A stretch of 64,000 bases of DNA, from positions 64,001 through 128,000 of the forward strand of contig CAWCNY010000001.1 in assembly GCA_963797095.1 (NCBI GenBank). Reading direction: 5' to 3'. The DNA is from an uncultured Chloroflexia bacterium (lineage in GTDB: Bacteria; Chloroflexota; Chloroflexia; QHBQ01; JADMIH01). How positions within the stretch are numbered: position 1 is the stretch's first letter; each line of letters begins with the position of its first letter. The notes under the pieces are model-generated. The model saw nothing but the letters and a program-made list of their open reading frames with translations. It searched no databases and was not told where the DNA came from. The translations under genes and the position numbers were made by a program. This document shows, piece after piece, positions 45,352 through 54,478 of the stretch.

Positions 45352-45648
45352 AAAACAAAAGACCCGAACAGTCCTTGCGGATCGTCCGGGCTTTTGTCCT
45401 TCAAGAGGTCTGCAAACTGAGCAGGCGCGCCACCTGAACCGAAGTCCCTGTGAAGTCCACCTTTCAATGGACCTGCGACCCGTACTCACATAACCGATGA
45501 GCCGTCTCCGAAGAGCGATCTCTCACGACCCCCGTCTCCGGTGCGTTCCCGGCGAACCGTTCACGCGCTCCGGCGGGTGGTCCGGTACTTCTCTCTGCGC
45601 CGTCGAAGCGGCTAGCCGTCTGTACCGCAGTCCCTGTAGTTCCGAAGT
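45352..45648 (-). ncRNA. Candidate stand-alone ~300-nt structured RNA
   Basis: Perfect TTGACA-17-TATAAT promoter (45655-45683), terminator at 45355-45397, several UUCG/GAAA-capped hairpins, no credible ORF. Confidence 0.7.
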
Positions 45649-45654
45649 AGCTTG

Positions 45655-45683
45655 ATTATAGAGCGGCTCCAACTCGCTGTCAA
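45655..45683 (-). promoter_or_regulatory. Consensus sigma70 promoter
   Basis: TTGACA GCGAGTTGGAGCCGCTC TATAAT. Confidence 0.85.
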
Positions 45684-45754
45684 TGCCCATCCTCCAAAGT
45701 TTTCCACATCCGTGCAACCCCTGGAAGACCGGCATTGGCAGCTTGCAATAGTGT

Positions 45755-47131
45755 CTAGTTCGTGATGTCGCTGGCTCCGGAGGGCCACGCCTGCAAGGTC
45801 AGTGTCAGGTCCTGGTGCTGACCATCCCGAACGATAGTGAGGGTAACTTTGTCGCCGGGCTGCTTGTTGTTCAGGTAGCTGGTCAGGTCGCTGACCGCCC
45901 CTACCTTCTGACCGTCGATAGCTACGATTATGTCTCCTATCTGAGTGGTTGAGGTAGCTCCGGGTTGGCCTGTGCCTCCCTCGATACCCGAGATAGTAGA
46001 AGCCTTGAGTCCTGCCTGGGCAGCGGGGCTATTGGCTGTGACATCCATTACCAGCACGCCCCGGCTCACCGGCAGATTGTATTCCTGTTGTAGATCCTGG
46101 CTGATCTCAAGCCCTGCGATACCGATCCATGGCCTTTGTACCTGGCCGCCCTGCTCGAGCTGGCTCAGCAGTGACTTTACCTGGTTGATAGGTATAGCCA
46201 GTCCCACTCCGGTGAAGCCTTCTACCGGGCTTTCGATCATGGTGTTGATGCCTATTACTTCACCTTCGCTATTGAGGAGCGGTCCGCCGCTATTGCCGGG
46301 GTTGATTGCCGCATCCACCTGGATCAGGCCGTTCAGCGACCTGCTGCCGGTGGATCCTGCATCAGTTCGGTTCAGGCCACTCACGATACCCGACGATACG
46401 CTCTGATCGAGGCCGTAAGGGTAGCCTATGGCGATCACCTCGTCTCCCACCTGTGCGGTGGACGAGTCGCCCAGCGTTGCAGGCACCAGCAGGTCGCTCG
46501 GGGCGTCAACCTTGATCACCGCCAGATCGTCCTGCGGCGCGGTTCCTACTACTGTCGCGTCGTACTCACTGCCGTTGGAAAACTCCACCTTGATCGATGT
46601 GCCATTGTCGATCACGTGGTTGTTGGTGACGATGTAGCCGTTCGTATCGATGATTATGCCTGTGCCTGTGGCTTCGCCGCTGGCCGCAAACCTGCCGTTA
46701 CCGCTGCGCACGATAGAGGTAATCCGCACTACGGACGGTGATACCTTCTGGTATACACTGCCGATGGTGATCGTGTTGCTCTGTGCCACCGTCTCTGAAC
46801 TGCCGCTCGTGGCTATTTCGCTATTGCTGGCGGTCGATGTCGGAGCTGTAGCCACCGCATTGGAGTTCGCGTTGGTTGCCAGCATGACGGCCTCGGCTCC
46901 CGCGCCGCCCAGCACTGTTCCGAGTACGAGGGCACCGGAAACCATGAGGCCGAGCACAAGCGGTTGCTTCTTGCTCTGTTTCTGTGGGTGTATGATTGCG
47001 GCTTCTTCATGGTGTTCCGGCATGTATGGCCGTCGAATATAGTTCGGCTCCAGGGGGGTGGTTTGTGGCCCCCCTGAGCCGGTATTGCTGTAAATCTCGT
47101 TCTGAGTATTTTGCGTGTTATCGCTGTCCAT
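45755..47131 (-). CDS. htrA: HtrA/DegP trypsin-like serine protease with PDZ domain
   Basis: TM anchor, TNNHVI, DLAVIK, DAAINPGNSGGPL and a PDZ domain. Confidence 0.95.
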   Translation of the reverse strand: MDSDNTQNTQNEIYSNTGSGGPQTTPLEPNYIRRPYMPEHHEEAAIIHPQKQSKKQPLVLGLMVSGALVLGTVLGGAGAEAVMLATNANSNAVATAPTSTASNSEIATSGSSETVAQSNTITIGSVYQKVSPSVVRITSIVRSGNGRFAASGEATGTGIIIDTNGYIVTNNHVIDNGTSIKVEFSNGSEYDATVVGTAPQDDLAVIKVDAPSDLLVPATLGDSSTAQVGDEVIAIGYPYGLDQSVSSGIVSGLNRTDAGSTGSRSLNGLIQVDAAINPGNSGGPLLNSEGEVIGINTMIESPVEGFTGVGLAIPINQVKSLLSQLEQGGQVQRPWIGIAGLEISQDLQQEYNLPVSRGVLVMDVTANSPAAQAGLKASTISGIEGGTGQPGATSTTQIGDIIVAIDGQKVGAVSDLTSYLNNKQPGDKVTLTIVRDGQHQDLTLTLQAWPSGASDITN

Positions 47132-47439
47132 TATTCTAATCTCCGTTTCTGTTCCTGTTTATAGCTTGATCTCATGTTCAAGACCGATTGCTATGTTCTC
47201 TCTATATCTATCTTACAGCGTAAGGCTTAATGTTAGCTGATTCATTTATTAATGTTTGGTGTAGAACCTACCCTGCGAGGGCGCTTGGATCAGCTACTAT
47301 TGGCCGTATGACGTTACATCGGGCGGTGCGGTATAATCAATTCAGGAACACAACATATCAAGGATCTCAAAATAGAAGCGCACAGCGCGAAACGTCCTAA
47401 ATGGGAATGGTAAGATAGGGTACAGGAGAAGCAGTACAT

Positions 47440-47877
47440 ATGATGCGAACAGTTTGCAAATCGAAGATTCATGGGGCAACCGTCACGGAAGCCAACCTCA
47501 ATTACGTAGGTAGCTGCACCATCGATCCCACCCTGATGAAAGCCGCCAATATTGTTCCTTACGAGTGGCTTCACGTGGTCAACGTCAATACAGGCTCTCG
47601 CTTCCAGACCTATGCTATACCGGGCGAAGCAAGCTCAGGCATAATCGCTCTGAATGGGGCTGCTGCCCGCCTCGGGCACCCCGGCGACAAAGTGATCATC
47701 ATGTGCGCGGCCTCTATCACCGAAGAAGAGCTTACAACGTTTCGCCCGCACCTGGTTTTCGTGGACGACCACAACCGGATAATCACCCCTACTGTAGGGG
47801 ACCGCTCCTGGAACCTTGACGACCTGGGCGCGGAATCGGAGATCAATGACGCTCTGCGCGAGATGTCGCAGGCGTGA
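47440..47877 (+). CDS. panD: Aspartate 1-decarboxylase
   Basis: KSKIH.ATVT.ANL.Y.GS; NGAAARL...GD.VII. Confidence 0.96.
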   Translation: MMRTVCKSKIHGATVTEANLNYVGSCTIDPTLMKAANIVPYEWLHVVNVNTGSRFQTYAIPGEASSGIIALNGAAARLGHPGDKVIIMCAASITEEELTTFRPHLVFVDDHNRIITPTVGDRSWNLDDLGAESEINDALREMSQA

Positions 47878-47953
47878 CTAGTGGCGAGTGACGAGTGGCG
47901 AGAATTGAGCTCTGTTTGGTGCTTATTCGCTTGCTGGGTATCAGGTATCACGT

Positions 47954-49153
47954 ATGAATGATGACCAAATCCAAAGTTCGATATCTAAGAGCCGCAATCT
48001 CAACACTCGGCTCATACATGCTGCCCACGAGGCCAACTCAACTGCGGCTGTCAGCCCGCCTATATACCAGACCAGCACCTATCGCCTTGCCTCTCCTGAG
48101 GAGGGAGCCGAGATAGCGCACGCCACCGCCCCCGCCGAGTTCTACACCCGGTACGGCTCGCCGAACAACAAGCAGGTCGAGCTGATGCTGGCGGCGCTGG
48201 AAGGCTCGGAGGGGGCGCTTGCCATCGGGTCGGGGGCGGCGGCTATCACGGTTGCGCTGATGTCCAACCTGGCTGCCGGGGATCATGTCATAGCGCAGAA
48301 CGTCCATTACACTTCGGCTATGACCCTGCTGACGTCCACTCTCCCCCGGTACGGGGTGGAGGTGACGATGGTGGACCAGACCGACATTGACGCGTTCGCA
48401 TACGCGCTTCGCCCGAACACGAAGGTTATCTACACCGAATCGCCTACCAATCCTACTATCGCCCTCACGGACCTGCGTGGTACTGCCGATCTGGCCCACT
48501 CGGTTGGCGCGCTGGCGATTACCGACAATACCTTCGCATCCTCGTTCAACCAGCAACCTCTCGCGCTTGGCTACGACCTGGTGTTGCACAGCGCCACCAA
48601 GTACCTGAATGGGCACGCCGACGTGACGGCGGGTGCGCTGATGGGGTCACGCGAACTGATCGACCGGGCGTGGGATTGGATGAGGGTGTACGGGCAGGTG
48701 CTGCACCCGTTTGAGGCGTGGCTGCTGCGGCGCGGGCTGATTACATATCCCCTGCGGATGGCCGTTCACAATTCGAATGCGCTGGCGGTGGCCCGGGCCC
48801 TGGAAGCGCACCAAGGGGTTGAGAGGGTGTATTATCCCGGTTTGGCGTCGCACGCGCAGCATGAGCTTGCGCTGGCGCAGATGCCGGGTGGGTTCGGGGG
48901 GATGGTGTCGTTCGAGGTGAAGGGCGGGTTCGACGCGGTGTACCGGCTGATCGGGCGCACGCAGGTGTGCGTGCTGGCGGTTAGCCTGGGCGGGGCAGAG
49001 TCGCTGATTACGCACCCGGCCTCTATGATCCACTCGCGGCAATCGGACGAAGAGCGCGAGGCAGCCGGGATCTCGCCGGGGCTGATACGGTTGTCAGTTG
49101 GGTTGGAGGCCGCCGAGGATATTATCGCGGACCTGGACCAGGCGCTCAGTTAG
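47954..49153 (+). CDS. Cys/Met metabolism PLP enzyme (cystathionine gamma-synthase / methionine gamma-lyase family)
   Basis: PPIYQTSTY, YTRYGSP, ESPTNP, DNTF, HSATKYL.GH.D and SLGG.ESL. Confidence 0.93.
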   Translation: MNDDQIQSSISKSRNLNTRLIHAAHEANSTAAVSPPIYQTSTYRLASPEEGAEIAHATAPAEFYTRYGSPNNKQVELMLAALEGSEGALAIGSGAAAITVALMSNLAAGDHVIAQNVHYTSAMTLLTSTLPRYGVEVTMVDQTDIDAFAYALRPNTKVIYTESPTNPTIALTDLRGTADLAHSVGALAITDNTFASSFNQQPLALGYDLVLHSATKYLNGHADVTAGALMGSRELIDRAWDWMRVYGQVLHPFEAWLLRRGLITYPLRMAVHNSNALAVARALEAHQGVERVYYPGLASHAQHELALAQMPGGFGGMVSFEVKGGFDAVYRLIGRTQVCVLAVSLGGAESLITHPASMIHSRQSDEEREAAGISPGLIRLSVGLEAAEDIIADLDQALS

Positions 49154-50169
49154 GAGTTCTCTTCGGCCAGGGCCGCCCGCACTTCCTCGGCTTGAGATCT
49201 GGCCGCGCCGGTTGGGTTGTCGCCCAGGTTTGCCAGCACGCCTTCGAGGGCCATTCTGTGGGCCAGTTTCAGGGCGTCTTCTTGAGGGACGGCTATATCA
49301 GGCTCGACGCCTGTGCCCTCCCAGTTTGTGCCGCTGATGGCGTTGATGGGGCGTCCTATTGGCACGAATACGCGGAAATGGGGTGTTATTTGCACATCGC
49401 CGCCGGGGTGGGCACCTCCTCCCGTGGTCTCGCCGATTAGGGTGGCGCGTTTGAGGTTCTTCAGGTTGTAGGCGAACTCCTCCGCTCCTGAGAATGTGTT
49501 TTTGCCGGTGAGGACGTAGACGGGCTTACCGGGCATGCGCTTGCCGGGTATGTAGGGGAAGGTCCAGGTTTGGGTGGTCTTGTCCTCGCTGCGGTTGTAG
49601 AAGCTGTTGAGGTGGACGGGATCAGGGTCTAGCAGGTAGCTGGTGAGGAGAGCCACCATAGAGGGGGTACCTCCATTGTTCCGGCGCAGGTCTATTATCA
49701 GGGCCTCGGTGTGGTAGAGGAGGCTCATGGCGGCAGCGGCGGTGTCGCCCGCGCCCTCCCACCCGGCGTCCCAGAGGTTGCGAAGGTCGAGGTAGCCGAT
49801 GTTGCCCGCGAGGCGCTCGACCCGGTAGAACCCGAAGTTTTGCCTGCGGGCCATATCGATGTAGGCAGCGATTTCCTCCGGCGAGTAGTCCTCGCGGGGG
49901 GCAGTGACGGGCCTTGCCTCCTCGTTGTAGCGCACCCTCACGTGTTTGTCGCGGTTGACGGCCTGGAGGTCGGATGTGAGCCGCTCGCAGAGGCTCTCAG
50001 GGCTGTCCAGAGGGTTGTAATCGCCTCGCGCCAGGGCATCGAGGATGGCCTGGCCCATCTTTGCCCCGATCTCAGGGAAGACGTAGTAATCGATGAGAGT
50101 GTGGGCTACGCTTTCTGTTACCTGGCGCTTTGTGGCTTCGTCCACAACTAGCTGGGTGTGTGTATCCAT
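49150..50169 (-). CDS. S41 family peptidase
   Basis: D.H, GNIGYL, IIDLR.N.GG, TFSGAEEFAY and WEG.GV.PD. Confidence 0.92.
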   Translation of the reverse strand: MDTHTQLVVDEATKRQVTESVAHTLIDYYVFPEIGAKMGQAILDALARGDYNPLDSPESLCERLTSDLQAVNRDKHVRVRYNEEARPVTAPREDYSPEEIAAYIDMARRQNFGFYRVERLAGNIGYLDLRNLWDAGWEGAGDTAAAAMSLLYHTEALIIDLRRNNGGTPSMVALLTSYLLDPDPVHLNSFYNRSEDKTTQTWTFPYIPGKRMPGKPVYVLTGKNTFSGAEEFAYNLKNLKRATLIGETTGGGAHPGGDVQITPHFRVFVPIGRPINAISGTNWEGTGVEPDIAVPQEDALKLAHRMALEGVLANLGDNPTGAARSQAEEVRAALAEENS

Positions 50170-50553
50170 TGAGAAAGCTCTCTTTCTGGTCAGTGACGAG
50201 TGACGAGTGACGAGTGACGAGTGGAGGGCAAGCGGTGATTCTTTGTTGTCTGTATACAGGGGCACCGGAGGGTGCGCTTCCGGTTCTCCGGTGGTAGCCA
50301 TGCTCTCTTTCGTGTGCCTTTCTTTGCATCATATTAGCATGGCGTTTTGTTTTGTGTCGAGGTGCGCGGAATGCGGAGTGGTTTTTGAGATTGTGGTGTG
50401 GCCTGCGGCCTTGGCCGCTGTGTGCTTTTTGTTTGTTGGCCTGATAAGGTGCTTCTGTATCTGATGTTAGCGCGTCTGTTTGTACCTGGATACGCACAAA
50501 TGGGTAGTTTTCGGGGGGATTTTGATGGGTGGGTGTTGTTGTTTAGGGTGCAA

Positions 50554-50654
50554 GGTATGGTGGGTAGGGTGCATGGGCCCTGGGGGTCATGCACCCTGTT
50601 GGTTGTTCTCCTTTTTGTTGCTTGTAGGGATAGGTGTCCCTTTGCGCAACTGGT
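50554..50654 (-). repeat. Partial second copy of the non-coding element at 8898-9170
   Basis: Shares GGTATGG, the AGGGTGCA/TGCACCCT hairpin, TCCTTTTTG, GGGATAGG, GTGTCCCT and CGCAACTGGT in the same order. Confidence 0.7.
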
Positions 50655-50684
50655 CCGTGTGCCGTGTGGGCAGCAGGGGACTAT

Positions 50685-51610
50685 TCCGGTTCCTAGCAAG
50701 CGATGTGTGGGCAGTAGGAGGTTATGATGACCAGCCTGGTACTCCCTTCCAGACGCTGGTCGAGCACTGGGATGGCACTTCCTGGAGCATCGCGAGTAGC
50801 CCCAGTATCGGCACCGCGGACAACTACCTGGTCGCGGTGTCGGCTGATTCGGGCAACGATGTTTGGGCGGCGGGCTACTACGATGCGAACTCCCCACAGC
50901 CATTGATGTTGCGGTACCAACCCTGTGCTTCCACACCTACACCTACGCCTAAGCCGAGCGCCACGCCAAGGGTCGTGGTCACACCCACGCCTGCGCCAAC
51001 CTACCCACCCGCCGACATCCCTGGCTCAAATAGCCGCTTCTTCCCCCAAACAGGCAAGACCGTCAGAGGTATCTTCCTCGACTACTGGAACACCCATGGC
51101 GGGCTCGCCCAACAGGGTTATCCCATCTCCGACATGTTCGGCGAGGTTTCCGATCTCAACGGACAAGTGTACACTGTGCAGTACTTCGAGCGAGCCGTGT
51201 TCGAGTACCACCCTGAGAATGCCCCTCCCAACGACGTATTGCTCTCGCTCCTCGGCTACTACACCTATAAGCAGAAGTACCCTGGACCGGAAGGTGCTCC
51301 ATACCAGAACAACAGCCCACCGGCAGGTGCCATGCTTTTCCCGGAGACGGGCAAATGGGTAGCAGGGGGGTTCCTGGTTTAGGCAGGGGGGTTCCTGGTT
51401 TATTGGAAATCACATGGTGGGCTGGCGCAGCAGGGCTACCCCATCTCCAACGAGTTCCAGGAGAAGTCGGCCACGGACGGGAGGGTGTACAGTGTACAGT
51501 ACTTCCAGCGAGCGGTGTTCGAGTACCACCCTGAGTACAAGGGCACACCAAACGAGGTGCTGCTGTCGCTGCTTGGCGCCTTCAGGTACAACGACATGTA
51601 TCCGGAGTAG
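50685..51610 (+). pseudogene. 5'-truncated Chloroflexi-type secreted repeat protein with an internal stop from a 21-bp duplication
   Basis: DVWAVG...LVEHWDG repeats, Pro/Thr linker and two FP.TGK...FL.YW..HGGL.QQGYPIS repeats; TAG at 51380-51382. Confidence 0.8.
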
Positions 51611-51928
51611 TGCGCCCGTGCGCCCGGCACGGCGCCACGGCCTGCTCCTAAGGCGTGCGACTTGATACTACCCGGCCCTACAGCCAGCCTGGCGTGTCTC
51701 AGTTGGCGGCTCGTATGGAAAGGCTCTCTCTCAACTGGAAAGGCTCTCTCTCAACGCCTATTCAGGGTAACATCAGAGGGCGCGCCGAAATCGCCACGGC
51801 TACCACGGCTACCAGGGCTAAAAAGAACCCAGCACTAGCACCAAGCACAGATTGGTTCATATCTGAACGATCCTTCTGACCTCGCAAACCCATAGGCACG
51901 TATACAACAGGCAGAACAAGTCTACGGA

Positions 51929-52423
51929 TTAGGGTCTGATTGTCGCAACTAGAGTCTGTGGCTGTTTGAGTTGGTACTTGTCGAAAGTGATAAGGGGTAA
52001 GTTGAGCTGTCTGGCTAGTGCCAAAAACAGAGCATCGGCTCCTCTGATCCTGTAGTCTGCGGCCAAGTCAGTGGCCTCATCAACAAGTGCCTGGTCTATA
52101 GGTACGAGTCGCATGATGGGTAGAGCGTAAAGCTGGCTGACCGCCTTATGCGCATCGGCCTGAGGGTTGTTGGGCGGTAGGGTTTCACGGGCAATCACCG
52201 ATGCTACCTCGATCACGAAGATCATGGGAGCCACAAATGAGCCACCATTAAGTATGTATCTGTCTATCCATGTGCGGGCAACCTGGTGGTTGGAGTCGTG
52301 AGGCAGTAGCCTGCTCGCCCAAACACTTGTGTCTATGATGACCGATACTCCCGCTGCTCCCGAAAACGCCGAAGGCGCAGAAATCGCTCGGGGACTGGGA
52401 TTGGTTGGGCTAGCGCCGGTCAT
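51929..52423 (-). CDS. vapC: PIN-domain VapC-like toxin
   Basis: IIDTSV, E, RGADAL..A and LITFD..Q. Confidence 0.88.
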   Translation of the reverse strand: MTGASPTNPSPRAISAPSAFSGAAGVSVIIDTSVWASRLLPHDSNHQVARTWIDRYILNGGSFVAPMIFVIEVASVIARETLPPNNPQADAHKAVSQLYALPIMRLVPIDQALVDEATDLAADYRIRGADALFLALARQLNLPLITFDKYQLKQPQTLVATIRP

Positions 52424-52658
52424 TGCTGATTGTTTCAGCCACGTCGCTCAGCTGAGTGTGGTGGCCTATTTCAGCAGCCAAGCTGTTCAGGTCTTGCACT
52501 ATTGCCCGTCGCACTTCAATGCTCACATCTCGGTTCACGGGTACTACCCTTGCCACTGTGCGCCCACGCTTGGTTATCTCAATCACCTCGCCCCGCTCTA
52601 CTTCTTCTATGGTTTCGCTCAGGTGATCCTTCAATTCTCGCAACCCTATGCTCTTCAT
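52410..52658 (-). CDS. Phd/YefM family antitoxin
   Basis: MK.IG.RELK.HLSE....V..GE.I.IT.RG..VARVVP. Confidence 0.9.
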   Translation of the reverse strand: MKSIGLRELKDHLSETIEEVERGEVIEITKRGRTVARVVPVNRDVSIEVRRAIVQDLNSLAAEIGHHTQLSDVAETISNDRR

Positions 52659-52685
52659 ACACACACTCCTTCCTTGACAGCAGAC

Positions 52686-52749
52686 CTATACTACATGAGG
52701 CCTCAGAAGAGGCCTCATGTAGTATAGCAGCGCCAGTTAGGCTTGGCAA
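52686..52749 (-). promoter_or_regulatory. TA promoter (TTGCCA-17-TATACT) with overlapping 19-bp perfect inverted-repeat operator
   Basis: CTATACTACATGAGGCCTC-AGAA-GAGGCCTCATGTAGTATAG at 52686-52727. Confidence 0.75.
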
Positions 52750-52920
52750 GGTCGAAGAAAGAATAGGAAAGAGACATTTCTTTCTGTTGTATACTTCTTT
52801 GAGGCAATCGTCCATGCCTAGCGGGGGCTATCTGGGCATCTGCTAAGGAGCAAGAATAACAGCGGGAAATATCTCCCGGTGCTATTGGCGGGGCATTGGC
52901 GGTAGATTGAGAGGGAAAGG

Positions 52921-54087
52921 ATGGCGGAAATGGAACCAGTGAAACCGGTCATACCGGTCATTCCAATCAGGAAGAGTCATATGAAGTGGACTCAAGAGCG
53001 GCTGTCGGAGCAGCTAGAGCAGTGGCGCCGGTCGCTGCAAGAGCAGGATCGATCCGCTGGCACCGTTGAGAAGTATGTGGAGGCGGTGCTGCGCTTTCTC
53101 GCCTGGTACGAGCAGGAAGAAGGAGGCGGTGCTCCATTGCAGTTGGAGGCCCTGACGCCGATTGCCCTGATTGGCTATCGGAGCTACCTGCAGCACGAGC
53201 AGCAGAAGTCGGTCAGCACCATCAACCTGCGTATCAGTGCCCTTCGTGCCTGGTGCGGCTGGTTGGTTGATAGGGGCCACCTGACTTCCGACCCGTCATC
53301 TCGCGTAAAGTTGGTGAGCACGAACAAGGACGGAGGTGGTGCTTCCGGTCATAACTCCAAACGGGAGGGGCTCACCGGTTCCCAGGTCAATGCTCTTCTC
53401 AGGCAGGCGCAGGCCTCCGGAGAGGGGGAGCGCAATTACGCAATCCTGCAAGTATTGCTGCAGACAGGCATCCGACTAAGCGAGTGCAGCGGCCTGCGCT
53501 TCGGAGACATCACTTTCGGGGAACGCAGTGGCATGCTTCTGGCGCGGGCAGGCAAGGGTAACAAAGCTCGCTCCGTGCCGCTCAATTCTTCAGCGCGAGA
53601 AGCGTTGGCAGTTTACGTTGCGCCTCGCTTGGGTTGGAGAGGTGTGGGAGAGGAAAAGACGATGTCGCTGAAGGTGCTCCTCAAGGTAGTTGCTGCTAAA
53701 TGGCCCAGGCCTGGGACGTCGCAAGCCTTTGAGCCGGTGTGGCTGAGCCGTAAAGTGTCTATTCTGCCCGCCCTGGCGGCCTCTATTCTGCAGGAACCTG
53801 TGCGGATAAAGGGTCGCGACAACCAGTCATACGTCGTCCTTACGCTGTGCCGCATGATGTATACGTTGCACCATGGCACAGTCGCTTCAAAGGCGGTTTC
53901 GGCACGCTGGGCGCAGGAAACATTGGATAGACGGTGGGGGCCGTTGATTGAGCGAGCGTTGGCTGAGCGGCACAATCCGGGAGCAGCAACGCCGGCCGAG
54001 GATGTAGAGGGAACATTAGAATTCATCCTCTATGCCCTGGAACGCAGTCAGGCGTTATCCCCAGCTTCGCACCTCATGTTATCATGA
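52921..54087 (+). pseudogene. Chimeric ORF: truncated tyrosine recombinase fused to a DUF4111/AadA-C-like domain
   Basis: SAM-like N-domain, R.YA.L..L..TGIRLSE and GKGNK.R.VP, but no HxxRH/Y. After ~53755 it reads Y.VLTLCR..YT...G.V.SK..A.RWA. Confidence 0.75.
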
Positions 54088-54478
54088 CGCACGTGGGGAT
54101 TGGGAACAGGCTTTGGACACTAGCCTGGGTTGATTGGTTCCAACCGTTCAACCACTCATGCGAAGCGACCTCGTATCGCACGGGACACTCAAAATTTGAA
54201 GTGACAGAAAACGTCCCGGCAACCGTTGGCATGACGATACGTAACAAGAACCGACGATCCCCTAGACGGGCATGACGGGTTGCCATCATGGCAACAGGCG
54301 AAATGGCGCCAGTCCGGTGTGCGGCTATGCCGACATGGCAACCGTGTCTCACCAGAGTGGAGAAACCGAGAAAGACCCCAACTCCTGAAGCACAGCGGGT
54401 AGATGTTCACGAAACGATGCATGATCCCATTTGGTCGCCAGGTCGTCCAGTTCCTCACACATTCCCGGAATCGGTCGT

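Noticed and set aside
45480-45530. GAGCCGT... segment resembling group II intron domain V
   Set aside because: It lacks the domain V pairing and domain VI, and there is no RT gene.
54082-54280. Three CATGACG heptamers matching the putative SARP-site core
   Set aside because: Irregular spacing and no downstream gene; may be chance.
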